A stretch of DNA of 64,000 bases, from positions 21,022-85,021 of the forward strand of contig SVBG01000008.1 of assembly GCA_015059015.1 (NCBI GenBank). Direction: 5' to 3'. The notes below the pieces were generated by a model that was given only the letters and a program-made list of their open reading frames with translations, searched no databases and was not told where the DNA came from. This document shows, in pieces, positions 60,621 through 64,000 of this stretch. A program made the position numbers and the translations under genes. This DNA is from Erysipelotrichaceae bacterium (lineage in GTDB: Bacteria; Bacillota_I; Bacilli_A; ML615J-28; CAG-313). Within the stretch, counting starts at the first letter, position 1. Every line of letters starts with the position of its first letter.

Positions 60621-61811
60621 ATGTATAATCATAAAAAATGTGTTGCTATGCTACTTGCTGGTGGTCAAGGAAGTAGATTAAAAGCACTTACTACAAAGGT
60701 TGCAAAACCAGCTGTGTCTTTTGGCGCAAAATATCGTATCATTGACTTTACTTTATCAAACTGTGTTAATTCAGGCATTGATACTGTAGGTGTACTTACT
60801 CAATATCAACCACTTATTCTAAATGAATATATTGGTAATGGTCAACCATGGGATTTAGACCGTACTTTTGGTGGTGTTCATGTACTACCTCCATATCAAG
60901 CTAAAAACTCTATGGAATGGTATAAAGGTACTGCTAATGCAATTTACCAAAATATTAATTTTATTGAAAACTATCATCCAGATCACGTTTTAATTTTATC
61001 TGGTGACCATATTTATAAAATGGATTATCAAAAAATGTTAGAAGATCATATTAAAAATGATGCTGACTGTACAATTGCTGTTTTAGAAGTATCGCTTGAA
61101 GAAGCAAGTCGTTTTGGTATTATGAATACTGATGAGAACAATCGTATCGTTGAATTTGAAGAAAAACCTGCTAAACCAAAGAGTACAAAAGCATCAATGG
61201 GTATTTATATTTTTAAACGTGAAAAATTATTTAGTTATTTAAGAAGTGATGCGTTAGATCCTGCGTCTAGCAATGACTTTGGTAAAAACATTATTCCTAA
61301 TATGCTTAATGCTGGTGAAAAGATGATGGCATATCCTTTTAAAGGTTATTGGAAAGACGTTGGTACTATTTCATCTTTATGGGAAGCTAACCAAGATTTA
61401 TTAGGTGAAGCACCTGAATTTGATATTTACGATTCACAATGGAAGATTTATTCAAGAAATATGGGGATTGAACCTCAATTTATTGCAGATGGTGCAGTAG
61501 TTTCTAATAGTTTAATTACAAGTGGTGCTAAGATTTATGGTACGGTTATTAATAGTGTTATTGGCGCTAGTGTTGTAGTTGAAAAGGGTGCTGTTGTTAA
61601 AGATAGTGTTATTTTTGCTGATAGTGTTATTTCTTCAGGTGCAACTGTTAATTATAGCATTTTAGATGAAGAAGTTGTAATTGGTGAAGAATGTGTTGTT
61701 GGTAGTCCTAAAGGTGATGGTGTTGAAATTGCTGTTGTTGGACGTGGTTGTGTTGTTACAAGTAAGAGTGTTGTAACTGCAGGTGCAAACATTGAAAAGG
61801 AGGATAAATAA
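60621..61811 (+). CDS. glgC: Glucose-1-phosphate adenylyltransferase
   Basis: [32 protein letters not shown]. Confidence 0.97.
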   Translation: MYNHKKCVAMLLAGGQGSRLKALTTKVAKPAVSFGAKYRIIDFTLSNCVNSGIDTVGVLTQYQPLILNEYIGNGQPWDLDRTFGGVHVLPPYQAKNSMEWYKGTANAIYQNINFIENYHPDHVLILSGDHIYKMDYQKMLEDHIKNDADCTIAVLEVSLEEASRFGIMNTDENNRIVEFEEKPAKPKSTKASMGIYIFKREKLFSYLRSDALDPASSNDFGKNIIPNMLNAGEKMMAYPFKGYWKDVGTISSLWEANQDLLGEAPEFDIYDSQWKIYSRNMGIEPQFIADGAVVSNSLITSGAKIYGTVINSVIGASVVVEKGAVVKDSVIFADSVISSGATVNYSILDEEVVIGEECVVGSPKGDGVEIAVVGRGCVVTSKSVVTAGANIEKEDK

Positions 61812-61813
61812 TT

Positions 61814-62929
61814 ATGAGTGCTGTAGGTATTATTTTCTCAAATATTCATAATGAAACAATTGATGAATTAACTAGAAAAAGAACTAGTGCGTCTATTCCA
61901 TTTGGTGGACGTTATCGTTTAATTGACTTCGCTTTATCTAACTTTGTTAATGCAGATGTTACAAGTGTGGGTGTTTTAACACAAAAGAACTATCAATCTT
62001 TAATGGACCATTTAGGTTCAGGTAAAGATTGGGACTTATCACGTAAAAATGGTGGTTTAATAATTTTTCCTCCATATAGTTCTCATAGAAGTGATTTCTT
62101 ATATGAAAATAGATTTGAAGCTTTAATGAGTGTTAATGGTTATATTGAAAGACGCCATGAAGATTATGTTATTTTAACTGACTGTGATAATGTTAATGTA
62201 ATTGATTATCAAGATGTTTTAAAACAACATGAAAATAGTGGTGCTGATATTACAATTGTTTATCGTAACCAAGAAGTTACAAGTGATTTATCTGATCATA
62301 TGACTATTGAATGTAATGATGAAGGTCGTGTTGTAAAAGCTACATTAAGAGCTAAAGTTGGTGAAGTGGCTAACGTTGCTGTGAATGTATGGGTGATTAA
62401 TAGAAGACTTTTACACGGATTACTTGTTGATGCTGCTACAACTGGTGCAAAGAGTTTCCATCGTGATGTTTTATTTGCAAATGTTAGATCACTTAAGATT
62501 TATGGTTATAATTACCAAGGTATTTATATGCATATGAACTCTATGGAAAACTATTATAAAGGTAATATGTTATTACTTACTGATAGTGTTCGTAATGAAT
62601 TATTTGGTAATCCTGATAAACGTATTTATACTAAAGTTCGTGACTCTGCTCCAACTCGTTATGGTGATACTGCAATTGTACAAAATAGTTTTATTGCAGA
62701 TGGTTGTGAAATTGAAGGAACAGTTATTAATTCAGTATTATTCCGTGGTGTTAAAGTTGCGAAAGGAACTGTTGTTAAAAACTCTATTCTAATGCAAGAT
62801 ACATCTGTTGGTGCAAATTGTAATATTGACCATGTAATTACTGATAAAAATGTTTCAATTCGTGACCGTAACAATTTAATGGGTTGTGAAAAAGTACCTT
62901 ATTATTTAGGTAAATACGCAACTGTTTAA
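61814..62929 (+). CDS. glgD: Glucose-1-phosphate adenylyltransferase subunit GlgD
   Basis: PFGGRYRLIDF.LSN, SL.DHLGSGK.WDL; follows glgC. Confidence 0.95.
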   Translation: MSAVGIIFSNIHNETIDELTRKRTSASIPFGGRYRLIDFALSNFVNADVTSVGVLTQKNYQSLMDHLGSGKDWDLSRKNGGLIIFPPYSSHRSDFLYENRFEALMSVNGYIERRHEDYVILTDCDNVNVIDYQDVLKQHENSGADITIVYRNQEVTSDLSDHMTIECNDEGRVVKATLRAKVGEVANVAVNVWVINRRLLHGLLVDAATTGAKSFHRDVLFANVRSLKIYGYNYQGIYMHMNSMENYYKGNMLLLTDSVRNELFGNPDKRIYTKVRDSAPTRYGDTAIVQNSFIADGCEIEGTVINSVLFRGVKVAKGTVVKNSILMQDTSVGANCNIDHVITDKNVSIRDRNNLMGCEKVPYYLGKYATV

Positions 62930-62971
62930 AATAATAGTTATTGGTTATAATATATTTAGTGGAGGAATCTT

Positions 62972-64000
62972 ATGATTGAAAATAAAAAAATTGCTTTTGT
63001 TGCTTCTGAATGTCAACCATTCTTTACTTCAGGTGGCCTAGGAGATGTTATCGGTAGTCTTCCTAAGAAAATTGCAAAACTTGATAAAGGAATTTGGGAA
63101 GTAACTGTATTTTTACCACTTTATAGTAATATTTCTAAAGCTTATGCAAATAAACTTGTATACTATGGGCAAATGTATGTAAGTCTTTCTTGGCGTAAAC
63201 AATATTGTGGTATTTATAAATACGAAGAAGCAGGAGTAACTTATTATTTCATTGATAATGAATATTACTTTAAACGTGAAAAATTCTATGGATACTTTGA
63301 TGATGCAGAAAGATTTGCGTTTTTTAGTAAAGCAGTTATTGATGTAATGTTACATATTAATGAAGTTCCTGATATTATTCATTGTCATGACTGGCAAACA
63401 GGACTACTTCCAGTGTATTTAAGAACATTATATTATCATCATGAGGCATTTAAAAATGTAAAACGTATTTTTACAATTCATAATATTGAATATCAAGGCA
63501 AATATTCAAATGATTCAGACATTATTGAAGATGTATTTGGCATTAATTCAAATGATGCTTATTTACTAGAATATAATGGATGTCTAAATATTATGAAAGG
63601 TGCAATTGAATGTTCTAATATCGTTTCTACAGTTAGTCCAAGTTATGCAGAAGAAATTAAAACACCTGAATATGCACATGGACTAGAAGGCGAAATTATT
63701 CGTGCTGCAGAAGAAGGTAAACTTTGTGGTATCTTAAATGGTATTGATACTACTTTCTATAATCCTAAACGTGATAAAGCTTTATTTAAAACTTTTGATA
63801 AAACTAATCTTGATGGTAAAAAAGAAAATAAAGTTGAACTTCAAAAAATGTTAGGTTTACCTGTTGTTAATGTACCTATTGTTGGTATGGTTTCAAGACT
63901 TGTAGCTCATAAAGGGTTAGATATCTTAAAAAATGCATTTAATGATTTAATGCAATTAGATGTTCAACTTGTTGTAATTGGTACAGGTGATGCATACTAT
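62972..64000 (+). CDS. glgA: Glycogen synthase (runs off window end)
   Basis: ASEC.PF..SGGLGDV..SLP, HCHDWQ, FTIHN..YQG, TVSPSYA.EI, GILNGID, SRL..HKG. Confidence 0.95.
   Translation, partial: MIENKKIAFVASECQPFFTSGGLGDVIGSLPKKIAKLDKGIWEVTVFLPLYSNISKAYANKLVYYGQMYVSLSWRKQYCGIYKYEEAGVTYYFIDNEYYFKREKFYGYFDDAERFAFFSKAVIDVMLHINEVPDIIHCHDWQTGLLPVYLRTLYYHHEAFKNVKRIFTIHNIEYQGKYSNDSDIIEDVFGINSNDAYLLEYNGCLNIMKGAIECSNIVSTVSPSYAEEIKTPEYAHGLEGEIIRAAEEGKLCGILNGIDTTFYNPKRDKALFKTFDKTNLDGKKENKVELQKMLGLPVVNVPIVGMVSRLVAHKGLDILKNAFNDLMQLDVQLVVIGTGDAYY

Noticed and set aside
159-62874. Short alternative-frame and antisense ORFs in the track (e.g. 159..401, 731..934, 14542..14817, 18193..18498, 33996..34304, 35817..36092, 44254..44547, 59291..59509)
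   Set aside because: They overlap well-supported genes, have no recognisable motifs, and look like shadow ORFs.
1-64000. Whole-genome genetic code 4 (UGA=Trp)
   Set aside because: All genes except prfB are uninterrupted and use TGG, and ftsY and ruvB end at TGA at the expected lengths.

Overview
Very AT-rich chromosomal segment, almost all genes on the + strand, from a low-GC Bacilli-type bacterium (Mollicutes/Acholeplasmatales-like is my inference from gene content and the many lipoproteins). Translation table 11 fits: Trp is TGG throughout and ORFs are uninterrupted, with one exception. Core genes: nagA, topB, infC-rpmI-rplT with L20 leader, leuS, hpf, queH, secA, prfB, recX, ftsK, lepB-rbgA-rnhB, topA, ftsY-ylxM-ffh, ruvA/ruvB-queA, glgBCDA. 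Accessory material: partial TIR-domain gene, Cys-rich lipoprotein, DUF3990/DUF3791 remnant, XRE-LRR plus lipoprotein cluster, AAA+ DUF4143-type ATPase with tandem repeats, and ABC operons. Top observation: prfB (RF2) lacks the classical +1 frameshift site and instead has one in-frame TGA at the conserved Trp46 codon, suggesting autoregulation by UGA readthrough (or RF2 decay). Other candidates: an inverted-repeat-flanked promoter facing away from a lipoprotein gene, a 1080-bp cassette bounded by a duplicated gene end, a standalone C-rich sRNA, an FMN-riboswitch-controlled RibU-glycerate kinase fusion, and an aerolysin-like secreted protein operon. All family assignments come from motif recognition by eye; no searches were run.
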